Source of the DNA: Candidatus Cloacimonadales bacterium
GTDB taxonomy: Bacteria > Cloacimonadota > Cloacimonadia > Cloacimonadales > JAFGVF01
DNA length: 64,000 nt
Assembly (NCBI GenBank): GCA_963678315.1
Contig: OY782781.1
Span: forward strand, 1,696,001 to 1,760,000
Direction of reading: 5' to 3'
In this document: positions 47,173 through 57,800 of the stretch, in pieces
Layout of the letters: the number at the start of each line of letters is the position of its first letter
Position numbering within the stretch: the first letter of the stretch is position 1
Made by a program: the position numbers and the translations under genes
Notes under the pieces: model-generated
Database searches by the model: none
What the model was told of the DNA's origin: nothing
Seen by the model: only the letters and a program-made list of their open reading frames with translations

Positions 47173-48196
47173 TATATTAGACTTAACTCCAGAAGAAGTT
47201 TATGATAAAATAAAGGAGTTAGGTGAAAGTAAATTTAGAGCTAGCCAGCTATTAGATTGGATTTATAAAAAGCACATATTTAACTATGATGAGATGCTTA
47301 ACCTATCAAAAAAGCTTAGAATAAAGCTCTCTCAAGAATTGAAATTAAAGTTACCTAAAGTAGTAGAATCATATAAATCATCAGATGGCTCAGTAAAATT
47401 CTTATTGTCATTAAGAGATAATGAGAATATTGAAATGGTACTAATGCCTAATGAAAAAACTGCTACCTTATGTATTTCTTCTCAAGTAGGTTGTGCTAGA
47501 AAGTGCCAGTTTTGTGCTACAGCTCAATTAGGATTAACAAGAAATCTTGAGACTTCAGAAATAGTAGGACAACTACTAGTAGTACAAAAATACCTAAAAT
47601 ATAGAAAGCTATCGAATGTAGTTTTCATGGGAATGGGAGAACCCCTAGATAATTTCGATAATGTTATTCAAGCATTAAGGATTATAACTCACGAACAAGG
47701 CCTTAACTTAAGCTCTAGGAAAATTACTGTTTCAACTTGTGGTATTATCCCTAATATCAATAAATTAGCTCAGTCAGACGTTAAAGTAAAATTAGCTGTT
47801 TCACTTAATGCAGCTTTAGATAAGAAAAGAGATATCTTAATGCCTGTTAATCAAATCTATTCACTTCCAGAATTGAAAAAGTGTTTGCTTGATTTTAGAA
47901 AAAAGACAGCATATAGAATAACTTTTGAGTATGTTTTAATAAAGAATTTCAATATGGGGATAGAAGATATTATTGCTTTAAATAAGTTCTTAGGTGATCA
48001 ATCATGTAAATTAAATCTTATTGCCTGGAATGAGGTTGAAGGTCTTGATTATAAATCTCCATCTGAACAAGATATAGAAGACTTCAGAGCTTCATTAGAT
48101 AAATTAAAATGCCCAATAATCCTTCGTGATAGTAGAGGTAATGATATCAATGCTGCTTGTGGACAGTTAGCACTTAAAAATAAAAGAGAGGAGTAA
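47141..48196 (+). CDS. rlmN: 23S rRNA/tRNA adenine C2-methyltransferase (radical SAM)
   Basis: CISSQVGCARKCQFC, VFMGMGEPL, FEYVL, DINAACGQL; start placed at ATG 47141 after AAGGA. Confidence 0.94.
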   Translation: MKLHKSQDAINILDLTPEEVYDKIKELGESKFRASQLLDWIYKKHIFNYDEMLNLSKKLRIKLSQELKLKLPKVVESYKSSDGSVKFLLSLRDNENIEMVLMPNEKTATLCISSQVGCARKCQFCATAQLGLTRNLETSEIVGQLLVVQKYLKYRKLSNVVFMGMGEPLDNFDNVIQALRIITHEQGLNLSSRKITVSTCGIIPNINKLAQSDVKVKLAVSLNAALDKKRDILMPVNQIYSLPELKKCLLDFRKKTAYRITFEYVLIKNFNMGIEDIIALNKFLGDQSCKLNLIAWNEVEGLDYKSPSEQDIEDFRASLDKLKCPIILRDSRGNDINAACGQLALKNKREE

Positions 48197-48198
48197 TC

Positions 48199-48981
48199 AT
48201 GACTAGTACAAAAAGTTTAGCTATACAATTATTTGACCTTGATGAGAATTTAGCTTGTAAATGTAATGGTAATCATGAGGTGTGTTTAAACTGTAGAGTT
48301 TGCAGAGCACTTCAACCGAATCAACTAGCTACAGATTTTGATAATTTAGCACAATACATTGACCATACAGCCCTGAAAGCTGAAACAACAAATAACGATA
48401 TTGAAAAACTATGCAATGAAGCTGACCAACTGGCAACTAAATCAGTATGTGTTAACCCTTTGTATGTTAAGAAAGCAAGTTCTTTATTAAAGAAAGCACT
48501 AACATGTACAGTTGTAGGTTTTCCTTTATCTAATTCATTAAGCTCCACTATTGTTGATGAAACCTTAAGAGCTATTAAAGATGGTGCTACTGAAATTGAT
48601 ATGGTCCTTAAAGTAGGATGGCTTAAAGATAAAAGATATGATGATATTGTAAAAGAGATTAGTCTTGTATCTCAAGCATGTGAGCAAAATGGAGCTATTC
48701 TAAAGGTTATTTTCGAAAACTGTTTACTTACAAAAGAAGAAATTGCAATTGCAAGCTTATTAAGTAAGAAAGCTGGAGCTGAGTTTGTTAAAACTTCAAC
48801 TGGTTTTAATAAGAGTGGGGCAGATGTCGAAGATGTAGCAATTATGCGTGGAGTTGTAGGTCCTCATTACGGAGTAAAAGCAGCTGGTGGCATTAGAGAT
48901 AAAGAAACTGCAATTTCTATGCTAAAAGCTGGCGCTAATAGAATTGGAGCTAGTGCTACAATTAAAATTGTAAAGGGATAA
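48199..48981 (+). CDS. deoC: Deoxyribose-phosphate aldolase
   Basis: IDHTALK, TVVGFPL, EIDMV, LKVIFE, FVKTSTGF, VKAAGGIR, RIGAS. Confidence 0.95.
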   Translation: MTSTKSLAIQLFDLDENLACKCNGNHEVCLNCRVCRALQPNQLATDFDNLAQYIDHTALKAETTNNDIEKLCNEADQLATKSVCVNPLYVKKASSLLKKALTCTVVGFPLSNSLSSTIVDETLRAIKDGATEIDMVLKVGWLKDKRYDDIVKEISLVSQACEQNGAILKVIFENCLLTKEEIAIASLLSKKAGAEFVKTSTGFNKSGADVEDVAIMRGVVGPHYGVKAAGGIRDKETAISMLKAGANRIGASATIKIVKG

Positions 48982-48982
48982 G

Positions 48983-50347
48983 ATGAAAGTACGTATTGCC
49001 GGATATAATATAGATAAATCTTTAATGAGTGGATTAGATAAGCATCAGGCAACTCCTGAAGTAATTTCGGCTGCCTATGCTAGAATAAGCAGAAGCTCAA
49101 AAGATGTTACTTCCTTAAGGAAACAAGCCCTAAATGAAGTTGAGAAAGCTAGGACATCTAATGAAAGTATAATCTTTGGTATGGGGCATGGCTCTATAGC
49201 TGAGCATGCTGTATTTAACATTGATTTATTAGGAGTAACTAGATTTATTACCGAATTCATTCAAAAATCTAGACTTGCCTCCTTTACAGAAAAATCTCAA
49301 CGCTATGTTACTTTAAAAAGTGATTATCTTATTCCTAGTGATTTACCAAAGATTCTAAAGCAGGAATATATCGAGTTAATGACCTACCTTTTTAATACTT
49401 ACCATGAATTCTACGAAGTTGCCAAGCAAGCACTTATAGATTCTGATTTTAAAGGTCCCAAAAGAGATTTGGAAGGTAAAGCTAAAGAAGATGCAAGATA
49501 CATCTTACCGCTTTCTACATTATCTCAAATGGGAATGACAATCAATGCAAGAAGTCTGGAAAGATTGCTAAAAAGACTAGATAAAACTCATTTAGAAGAA
49601 GCAAAGACATTGAAAGAAGAATTGTATAAACTAGTTAGTGAGATTTCTCCTTCGGTAGTAAAATATGTTGATGCTGAAGCTTATGATTTCAATGTAATCA
49701 CAAAACCAATTTTTTCTGAATTTGATAATGATTTTGTTTGGAAACTAATATCTCATTCTACAAGTCCAGATATCAATATCTTAGCTTATCTGATTTTTGA
49801 ACAAACTGGAGAGTCTGTTGACTCTATCAAGCAATACCTTGAAACATTGAATTCAGATGAACTTAAACAGATGTTCAATAATATCTTTGATAACATGAAA
49901 GCATATCATCTTCCTATAAAAGCTTTTGAAGCTTCTGAGTTCGAATTCCAATTGGATATGTCATCATCATGCTTTGCTCAATTAAAAAGACATAGAATGG
50001 CTACTATTATCAAATCTGATTATAATCCTGAACATGGCTATGTTATCCCACCTCAAATTACTGAGTTAGGACTTGAAGGTAAATTCAATGAAGCCTGTTC
50101 AAGAGTAAGTTCTTTCTTTAAGAAGCTTGATGCTAATATTGCTCCTTATGTTCTAACCAATTCACACAAAGTACGTGTTTTATTTAAAGCTAATTTACGT
50201 GAATTATATCATTTTAGTAGATTAAGAAGTGATAAACATGCTCAATGGGAAATACAGAACATTTCAGATTTTATCATTTCCGAAATTAAGAAAGTAGCTC
50301 CTTTATCTGCTTCACTAATGATGGGTAAACACCAATTCAATAAATAG
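48983..50347 (+). CDS. thyX: Flavin-dependent thymidylate synthase, double-length form
   Basis: GHGSIAEHA, SFTEKSQRY, EDARYILP; second half with QLKRHR, NLRELYHFSRLR and HAQWEI. Confidence 0.88.
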   Translation: MKVRIAGYNIDKSLMSGLDKHQATPEVISAAYARISRSSKDVTSLRKQALNEVEKARTSNESIIFGMGHGSIAEHAVFNIDLLGVTRFITEFIQKSRLASFTEKSQRYVTLKSDYLIPSDLPKILKQEYIELMTYLFNTYHEFYEVAKQALIDSDFKGPKRDLEGKAKEDARYILPLSTLSQMGMTINARSLERLLKRLDKTHLEEAKTLKEELYKLVSEISPSVVKYVDAEAYDFNVITKPIFSEFDNDFVWKLISHSTSPDINILAYLIFEQTGESVDSIKQYLETLNSDELKQMFNNIFDNMKAYHLPIKAFEASEFEFQLDMSSSCFAQLKRHRMATIIKSDYNPEHGYVIPPQITELGLEGKFNEACSRVSSFFKKLDANIAPYVLTNSHKVRVLFKANLRELYHFSRLRSDKHAQWEIQNISDFIISEIKKVAPLSASLMMGKHQFNK

Positions 50348-50368
50348 AATTATAATAAATTATATTTA

Positions 50369-50396
50369 GAGCTCTTGTTTTTTTGCAAGAGCTTTA
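50369..50396 (+). terminator. Probable terminator after thyX
   Basis: GAGCTCTTG-loop-CAAGAGCTTT hairpin. Confidence 0.6.
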
Positions 50397-50438
50397 TTAT
50401 TAGGCTTAATATTCTGGAAATCCCATATTTCGTTTAAA

Positions 50439-50650
50439 TCCAGATGATGCATTAGTCTTGGAGAAAATAGTGCATATCCCGTCTGAGCCGGGCACGGTCT
50501 TTCAGCAAAATAAGTTGCAGAATCGAAGCTTGAATAATATATATTCCTGTTGAGGTTATGGAACTTATTCTAGCCATGAGTCTTCTCTAAAGCTTTGCCT
50601 TCACAGGAATAATATAGTACTATTTTTCAAGTTCTAGTGTATTATTTGGG
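50439..50650. mobile_element. 212-bp longer variant of the MITE, copy 3
   Basis: Same TIRs and core as the 161-bp copies plus two extra internal segments; TSD imperfect (TTTAA-like on both sides). Confidence 0.8.
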
Positions 50651-50651
50651 T

Positions 50652-52310
50652 TTAATGTTTAATAATAAATTTTGTTGATGAAATTTCTCTATGTTTTCCA
50701 ATTTTGATGTTAGCAATGTAGATTCCCGATGCTATATTAGCTATTTCGAAAGAACCTGTTTTACTTTTGATAGAAGATTTACTAATTACTTTTCCATATA
50801 CTTTTTGACCTTTGAGATTATAGACGGTCAAAATACTATTTTCGACATTCTTGGGTAAGTCACCTACTAGTTCAAACTTGATATTGTTAGCTTTAGTAGG
50901 GTTTGGGTAAATATTTAGTTTTATTTTATTAGCAGGTATTGGCTCTACATCATTGTCTGCGTTAGGAACTGTTGTATCGCTTAATTGGTCAGAACCTGCA
51001 AAAATATAGACCTTACCAGGTGTGTTGTTTCCTCCGTTATCTTCAAATGGAGCTGAGATAGCAATATCATCAAAACCATCATTATTATAATCTCCAACTG
51101 CCATCCTATAACCAAAATGAGCAAATATCTCTAAAGCTTCCAGCTTTATATCACACATACCATTGGCTTGCTCTCTACCTAGCCAGATGCCTGCTACTCC
51201 ATCATCTAGAGCGTATTCTGGATTTGCTCCCACAAAATCAGAGTAACCATCACCGTTAAAATCCCCATGTTTGATATATCTACCTAGATAAGCTCCTGTA
51301 GTAATATGCATATCAGTATAGGGGTTTTCCCTAACTATTGGGATACCTCTAGCTTGATCCAAAGTCTCCCCCATAAACATGAGACCATAAGTTCCATTGT
51401 TATGATTATCCTCTCTTGGATAAATAAAATCTTGATAACCATCTCCATTTACATCACCTACTCCTAAAGAACCTGTAAACCAGTATTGCGATGTTGGGGT
51501 TGCTGTATATTGGCAGATATAATCATACTGAGAAAAGCTCATATCAGCATCGCCCCAATAGACAAATGTGTGAGTATAAGTAAGGCGAGAATTTTCACCA
51601 GGAACTATATAACCGATAGAAATATCATCATAACCATCATTGTTCAGGTCACCTAATGGCTCAATTGTTCCTAATCCTATATAATCATTTTCTGGAATAA
51701 TTGGAATGATACTAAAATCTCCTCCAACTAAAACAGAGATACCGTAAAGATCATCATTCCTATGAATAAGCAAGCCGTTATCGTCATAACCATCTCCATT
51801 TAAATCACCTAAACAAGATGTTATTTTATCTGGGTCCTCATAAATCCCATTATAACCACATGGATAAGATAGTTGATAGTCAGATTGGTAGTCTGGTTCA
51901 GGACCTCCGTAGTAGAAGCGTAAAAGATAATTTGTGCAGGCTGGGATATGTTCTGGGCTTAAACCAAGAGCAGCAAAGTCATCAAAACCATCTCCATTGA
52001 TATCTCCACAGGCATGAAGAGAATTACCTATAGAAGGGGATCCAAAGATTTGATAATCTGGAACAGAGGAAAAACCATCTCCTCCATAATGAATATCAAT
52101 ACATCCGTTGTAAGTTTCTTGATCTCCAAAATGAGAAATCATTAAATCGTCGATACCGTCTGCATTAAAGTCTAGTGAAATAATATCACGACCATATTTA
52201 GATTCCACCCAAGGTCCTTCAAAAGTGTACATGAGCTCTATTTCGTTTTCAGAGTAGAGTAGTCTAAATGATATAAAAATCAGTAAAATTGTTAGAATAA
52301 TTTTCTGCAT
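50652..52310 (-). CDS. Secreted FG-GAP repeat (integrin-alpha-like propeller) protein with C-terminal sorting domain
   Basis: Seven D(F/I/L/V/Y)N.DG.(D/Q/S)D motifs; signal peptide; C-terminal IYPNP..VYNLKGQKV..SGIYI..TKFIIKH. Confidence 0.88.
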   Translation of the reverse strand: MQKIILTILLIFISFRLLYSENEIELMYTFEGPWVESKYGRDIISLDFNADGIDDLMISHFGDQETYNGCIDIHYGGDGFSSVPDYQIFGSPSIGNSLHACGDINGDGFDDFAALGLSPEHIPACTNYLLRFYYGGPEPDYQSDYQLSYPCGYNGIYEDPDKITSCLGDLNGDGYDDNGLLIHRNDDLYGISVLVGGDFSIIPIIPENDYIGLGTIEPLGDLNNDGYDDISIGYIVPGENSRLTYTHTFVYWGDADMSFSQYDYICQYTATPTSQYWFTGSLGVGDVNGDGYQDFIYPREDNHNNGTYGLMFMGETLDQARGIPIVRENPYTDMHITTGAYLGRYIKHGDFNGDGYSDFVGANPEYALDDGVAGIWLGREQANGMCDIKLEALEIFAHFGYRMAVGDYNNDGFDDIAISAPFEDNGGNNTPGKVYIFAGSDQLSDTTVPNADNDVEPIPANKIKLNIYPNPTKANNIKFELVGDLPKNVENSILTVYNLKGQKVYGKVISKSSIKSKTGSFEIANIASGIYIANIKIGKHREISSTKFIIKH

Positions 52311-52722
52311 AGTAACTCCCTATTTCTAAAATAGAATCTGCTACATACTTTGATTCTATATATTATACAATATAATAAACTTAACTGTTAACTAAATATA
52401 ATTTGAAAAGTAATGAGTTAATATGTCAAGTAATTAATAAAAATAAGCATACCCCATTTTTTTTAAGTAAAATTGAGACGTAGTTGCAACTTATCATTAT
52501 ATTCACCTTTATAAGGTACATTTTGTTCAATACATTTTTTATTTATACTAAGTATTTTGGACTAGAAACAAGATGTTACTGCTAGCTATTCAGTGATTTC
52601 TAGTAAGATAGATTTTCTATTACACTTAAACATATAATTTTCTTATCAAGTTTTTTCTTTTTATTGACATCAATCTCGTTATTATATAATTGTTTATAAA
52701 CTAACATTAATAGGAGTTAAAC

Positions 52723-53094
52723 ATGAAAGTTATAGCTACACAAAAAGCACCTGCAGCAGTAGGACCTTACTCACAAGCAGTATTAGCAAACGGTTTTTTA
52801 TTTGTTTCTGGTCAATTAGGTATTAATCCTGAGACTGGTAAATTTGAAGATACATTTGAAGCTCAAGCAGAAAGAGTATTCTCAAACCTAAAAGCGATTC
52901 TTGAAGAAGCAGGTATGGGATTTGAAAATGTTGTTAAAGCTGAAGTATTCTTAAAAGATTTAGCTCAATTCAAAGCTGTAAATGAAATATATGCAAAATA
53001 TTTTACTGCACCATTTCCTGCTAGATATGCTTTCCAAGTTGCTGAACTACCTCTTGGTGGTTTAGTAGAAATTTCAGTAACAGCTACAAAGTAG
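52723..53094 (+). CDS. ridA: RidA/YjgF family reactive-intermediate deaminase
   Basis: APAAVGPYSQA, SGQLG, PAR, LP.G.LVEI; AGGAG RBS. Confidence 0.92.
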   Translation: MKVIATQKAPAAVGPYSQAVLANGFLFVSGQLGINPETGKFEDTFEAQAERVFSNLKAILEEAGMGFENVVKAEVFLKDLAQFKAVNEIYAKYFTAPFPARYAFQVAELPLGGLVEISVTATK

Positions 53095-53100
53095 GATAAA

Positions 53101-53646
53101 ATGAGTATTTCCACCAAAGGAGGAGATAAAGGTAAAACTAGTCTCTGGTCAGGTCAAAGAATTTGGAAATCTGATATAAGAGTTGAATCTTATGGAACTG
53201 TTGATGAACTTGATTCTCATATTGGAGAAGCCAAACACTTTGTCAAAATTGAGCACGTTAGGAATATACTTACAGAACTTCAAAACAAGCTGATGCGTGT
53301 TATGGGTGAGCTAGCTTCTGTGGAAAAGAAATTCACTAACCCAATTACTGTAGAAGATTTAGAAAAAGTTACTGACTGCGTTCATGATTTTGAAAGTAAA
53401 GTTCCTTTAAAAGGTTTTGTTGTTCCTGGTAATACAATTCAATCATCTAAGTTAGATATTTGTAGAACTATTGCCAGACGTGCAGAAAGAAGAATCATCC
53501 AGCTTAATCAAGATAATCCAGTAAATCCAAATCTGATAGGTTTTGTAAATAGGCTTTCAGACCTTTTCTTCATAATGGCTAGAGCTGAAGAGCAAAATGA
53601 TGGTGGAATTAGATATAAAGATATAGACACAGAATTAAACTGTTAA
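53101..53646 (+). CDS. Cob(I)alamin adenosyltransferase, PduO type
   Basis: [37 protein letters not shown]. Confidence 0.92.
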   Translation: MSISTKGGDKGKTSLWSGQRIWKSDIRVESYGTVDELDSHIGEAKHFVKIEHVRNILTELQNKLMRVMGELASVEKKFTNPITVEDLEKVTDCVHDFESKVPLKGFVVPGNTIQSSKLDICRTIARRAERRIIQLNQDNPVNPNLIGFVNRLSDLFFIMARAEEQNDGGIRYKDIDTELNC

Positions 53647-53657
53647 AAGGAGAATTA

Positions 53658-54404
53658 ATGTATAAAGTTGTACTTATCAGACACGGAGAATCAGTCTGGA
53701 ACAAAGCAAACAAATTCACAGGATGGACAGATGTTGAACTTTCAGAAAAGGGTAACGATGAAGCTCAAAAAGCGGGTTTACTTCTAAAAGAAGAAGGTTT
53801 TACATTTGACAAAGCTTACACTTCTGTTTTAAAAAGAGCAATAAAAACACTATGGCATGTTTTAGAACAAACTGATTTAATGTGGATTCCAGTTGAAAGA
53901 TGCTGGCAGTTAAATGAACGTCATTATGGTGCTTTACAAGGCTTAAATAAAGCAGAAACAGCTCAAGAGTTCGGCGATGACCAAGTTCTTATCTGGCGAA
54001 GAAGCTATAATATTGCTCCACCTGCTTTAGAAGAATCTGATGATAGATTCCCTGGAAAAGATAAAAGATATGCTTGTCTATCTAAAGAACAACTACCATT
54101 TACAGAGTGCCTAGAAGATACAGTTGCTAGAGTAGTTCCTTTCTGGGAAAATACAATAGTTCCTGATATCAAAGCTGGTAAGAAAATTATTATTGCTGCT
54201 CATGGCAATAGCTTAAGAGCCCTAGTTAAATATTTAGATAACATCTCTGAAGAAGATATTTTAAAACTTAATATTCCTACAGGTGTTCCACTAGTTTATG
54301 AATTAGATGAAAATCTAAAAGCAATCAAAAGCTCTTACTTAGGAGACCAAGAAGCAATAGCAAAAGCTCAAGCTGCTGTTGCTAATCAAGGTAAAGCTAA
54401 ATAA
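53658..54404 (+). CDS. gpmA: 2,3-bisphosphoglycerate-dependent phosphoglycerate mutase
   Basis: [39 protein letters not shown]. Confidence 0.97.
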   Translation: MYKVVLIRHGESVWNKANKFTGWTDVELSEKGNDEAQKAGLLLKEEGFTFDKAYTSVLKRAIKTLWHVLEQTDLMWIPVERCWQLNERHYGALQGLNKAETAQEFGDDQVLIWRRSYNIAPPALEESDDRFPGKDKRYACLSKEQLPFTECLEDTVARVVPFWENTIVPDIKAGKKIIIAAHGNSLRALVKYLDNISEEDILKLNIPTGVPLVYELDENLKAIKSSYLGDQEAIAKAQAAVANQGKAK

Positions 54405-54432
54405 TTATTCATACAATATAAGTAATTTAAAC

Positions 54433-54460
54433 AAAAGACGTACTTAAGTGCGTCTTTTTT
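54433..54460 (+). terminator. Intrinsic terminator of gpmA
   Basis: AAAAGACGTAC-TTAA-GTGCGTCTTTTTT. Confidence 0.85.
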
Positions 54461-54500
54461 CAGTTCTGCCGAACATTGATATAGATTATATGCCAATATT

Positions 54501-54612
54501 TATGCCGTCCCTTCGGGACTAATACATGTCGCCCTTTCAGGGCTTTTTTTATTTTTTAACTATTACATGGAGGGCAAGCCTCCATGCTTAGTATATGCCA
54601 CCCCTTCGGGGT
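54501..54612. repeat. REP-like hairpin cluster
   Basis: GTCCCTTCGGGAC, GCCCTTTCAGGGC, CATGGAGGGCAAGCCTCCATG, ACCCCTTCGGGGT; same layout as 29107-29195. Confidence 0.75.
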
Positions 54613-54627
54613 TTTTATGGATAGCAT

Positions 54628-54706
54628 CTCCTCAATTCTCCACTCCTATTTCCTAACTCCTCACTCCTAACTCCTCACTCCTCACTCCTCACTTCTAACT
54701 CCTAAC
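54628..54706. repeat. Heptamer tandem repeat CTCCT(C/A)A
   Basis: About 11 degenerate copies. Confidence 0.8.
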
Positions 54707-54756
54707 TTACGCCCCTCCTTGAAAAATCGGCTTTTTTTCAAGGTGGCAAGTAAGGG
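54706..54756. repeat. About 50-bp palindromic element, copy 2
   Basis: CCTTGAAAAA-TCGGCTT-TTTTTCAAGGTGGCAAGTAAGGG; the loop is the reverse complement of the copy at 9168. Confidence 0.7.
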
Positions 54757-54778
54757 TGTAGAGACCTCGAAAACATAT

Positions 54779-54819
54779 AAAAAAAATAACCGATACTCAA
54801 GATTGAAATATCGGTTATT
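54779..54819 (-). terminator. Intrinsic terminator of the large minus-strand gene
   Basis: AATAACCGATA / TATCGGTTATT stem with an A run on the left (U tail on the minus strand). Confidence 0.7.
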
Positions 54820-54835
54820 AATATTTAGTTCATAT

Positions 54836-57800
54836 TTATTCTAGTGACAAGTATTTGTCAGCTTTAATCAATGTTATCTTTTTCTTGATTCTGCTACTAT
54901 CTGTAGTTTCAGTAGAAGCTTTAATATAAAAGAATTTCATTTCTTCTGTTGCTGGATGTAGCCAAGTAACCCTGTTTCCTGAAGTACTAAATTGGAATCT
55001 ATCATTTGAGACAAGTGTATATTCTCCATCAGGACTATCACAAGCATATATCAAATAGCTTTGAGCATTTTCTACTACATCGAAAGATAGAATTATGTCT
55101 GAATTATTCACTTGCATGTTAACATTCTCTGGTATAGAAAGTTCAATAATTGGCATTTCTACAACATTTAATGTAATAGGTATCAAATAATTCGGTTCAT
55201 CCAAATCATTAGATTCAATACAAACATCAGCTTGATAACTAGCTATTTCTAAGTTGTAACTTCTAAAATCTAATTCTACTGTTTGGTCTAAAGATGGTTG
55301 TAAAATACCGCAGTTTATGTTCGGTCTAACCCAACTGAGAGCATTATTATATACTTTTACATCATCTATGAACCAACCTGGGAAATTATTATTGAAGTTA
55401 TCTTGTGTGTAGAAAGTGAAACGAATTTGAACTGTTTCCCCAACATACTCACTAATATTATAACAAGATTGAATCCAACCTCCTGAGTTACCTGCTGGAG
55501 TACCTGCAGAAACAGAAAGATAGTTTCCTCTAAGTTCTTGCCAGTTATAACCATCATTAGTTATTGCTACAGCACATCTGTCATAATTTGTTTCAGTAAT
55601 ATAGTTTTCCTGGAATTCAAGATATACATTTTCATTGTTAGCTGGAATTTCTATTTCAGGAGTGATTAGTGCATTATGAACAAGCTGTCCATTGTTATAT
55701 GAATATGTATCAGGAACACTGCAGGACCATGCATGGTTATCACTATTGTAAGTCTCATCTTGTAGATGCCATAAATCACTTCCAGCATAGTTAACAGTTT
55801 CCCAGTCTGATATTTCACCTTCCATATCATCAAAGAAAATTGTATATCTAGAATTATCTCTGTTTTCAGAATCTTGCATTAGAGCTTCTTGACTAGTCTT
55901 GTTTATTCTTGGAAGAACATTGCTAGAGTATCTTTTAGAATTTGCTAATACATTGCTTTTTCTTGGTCTATTTGCATTATTATATGTATTTCTATTATTA
56001 ATAACTTTGACATTATATTCTAAGTCTGCATCTCCAATATTCTCGAAAGATATAGAACTAGAATCATTTTGATCAGGATAGAGAGTCATAGTAATTCCTT
56101 CAGATGTAGAGTGAATATCTGGATTACCTTCAACGTCTTCAACTAGGATATAATTATCTTTTGTACAAACATCATAACCATTATCATTTGTAACTTTTAG
56201 TTTTACATTATAGTAACCAGGTTGCTCATAAGAGTGAATAGGATTTTGTTGATAGCTAACACTACCGTCACCAAAGCTCCATTTCCATTGATTACAAGTC
56301 CTAAGTTGATTACTTTCTATGTCTGCTTCATGACTGTTTCTTGTATCATTAGGTTCTGACTGACTAATGCTGTTTACAGGAATAAATTCTTGCATGTAGC
56401 CATTGAAATTACCAATATGCCAATAACCACCTAGCTCAGTAGATGTAAGTGTAACTTCATCAATCAACACATCTGCACGATATATCTTAGCTTGTAAATT
56501 CAAGACTTCTGATATTTCTTGGTCATTTAAAAATGATTGAGCATAGAACATGTAAGTTGTATTCATAAATTGATTTAAAACAATGGTTCTTTCATGAATA
56601 TTCATACTTGATTGATAATATGCGTAAGGTAAAGAGTCATCACTACCCCATAAGCCATCAAATTGATCTACGTAGTACATTTCATTACCAATATTGGCTT
56701 TCATCATTAAACCAATAAATTCATCAGAATCCCAAGAAAGTTTAACTATCAAATCACCTGTTGGAGGCATATCATCGAGATAGAAATTCATGGAGTTTAC
56801 GTTATTTTCATGTATGCTAACATTACTAGAATAATAATCAATATAATCGTCAGCATGAGCAGTCACTGTGTATTTGTTATCGTATGATAAATCAGTAAAA
56901 TGAATATCCAATGGGTTCATACCACTAAACTGATCGGCAGTAAAGTTGGCGTGAATCTCTGATAAAGGGATATCTAATATTTCATAGAAACCTAATGAAT
57001 CTGTTGTAGTTGTTAAATTACCTACAGATACTTGAGCATTAACAATAGGCTGGTTATCTTCAAGAGATTTAACATATCCTTGTAAGATTGTAGTTTCCAT
57101 AACCTGAATTAAAATCGGTTGGTCAGGAGAGCCATAGTGTGATGAAACGTTGAAGTTATCAGTAGCCTTGATATAGTATTCTGTTCCACCCATGTTGTTA
57201 GATGCGATATGTATATTTCCTGTATAAAGATTACCACTAACCAATGTCATCTCTTCTTCTTGGAAAAGGAGTTCACCTTGAGCTCTGTGATAAAGTGATA
57301 CGCTTGTGATATAGTTGGTAGTATCAATTACACTAGCATTCACCGTGACATCAGTGTTTAATCCAGCACTCTGGATTGGGATGTGAGATATTACAGGGGC
57401 TACATTTGGTAATATAGCTATTTGGAAAGGATTTGAGTTTGGCTCAACAGCAGGTAGAGAAGATGTACTTTGACCATCAGTTGCAGTAAAGTAATAGTCT
57501 AGCCCTGGACTTAATACTGCAGTGTAAGGAATTTCAGCTTGCCATATATTCCCACCAATATTAGTTAAGTTTATTGTTGAATAATAGCTTTCAGAACTGT
57601 TTTTATAATATAGTTTAGCACTTTGGGTAAATGGTTCTATGGAGTCTTCTATTAGAGCTTCTATCATAAAAGTACTTTCTTCAGCCCAAGCTTGATTATG
57701 GTAAGCAAGAGTGTTTCCTGTTCTAGTGATATCGGGAGATGTTCCAGGAGTATAAGAAGCAGTAGCAGTGTCAATAGCTCCTAGATAATTTGCTGTTATA

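Noticed and set aside
50452..50577. 41-aa hydrophobic minus-strand ORF in the long MITE (possible type I toxin-like peptide)
   Set aside because: The other two copies lack the ATG and have earlier stops, and substitutions are not clearly biased to synonymous sites
52311..52722. Cobalamin riboswitch ahead of ridA-pduO
   Set aside because: AT-rich divergent promoter region with no B12-box or GGGAA core motifs visible
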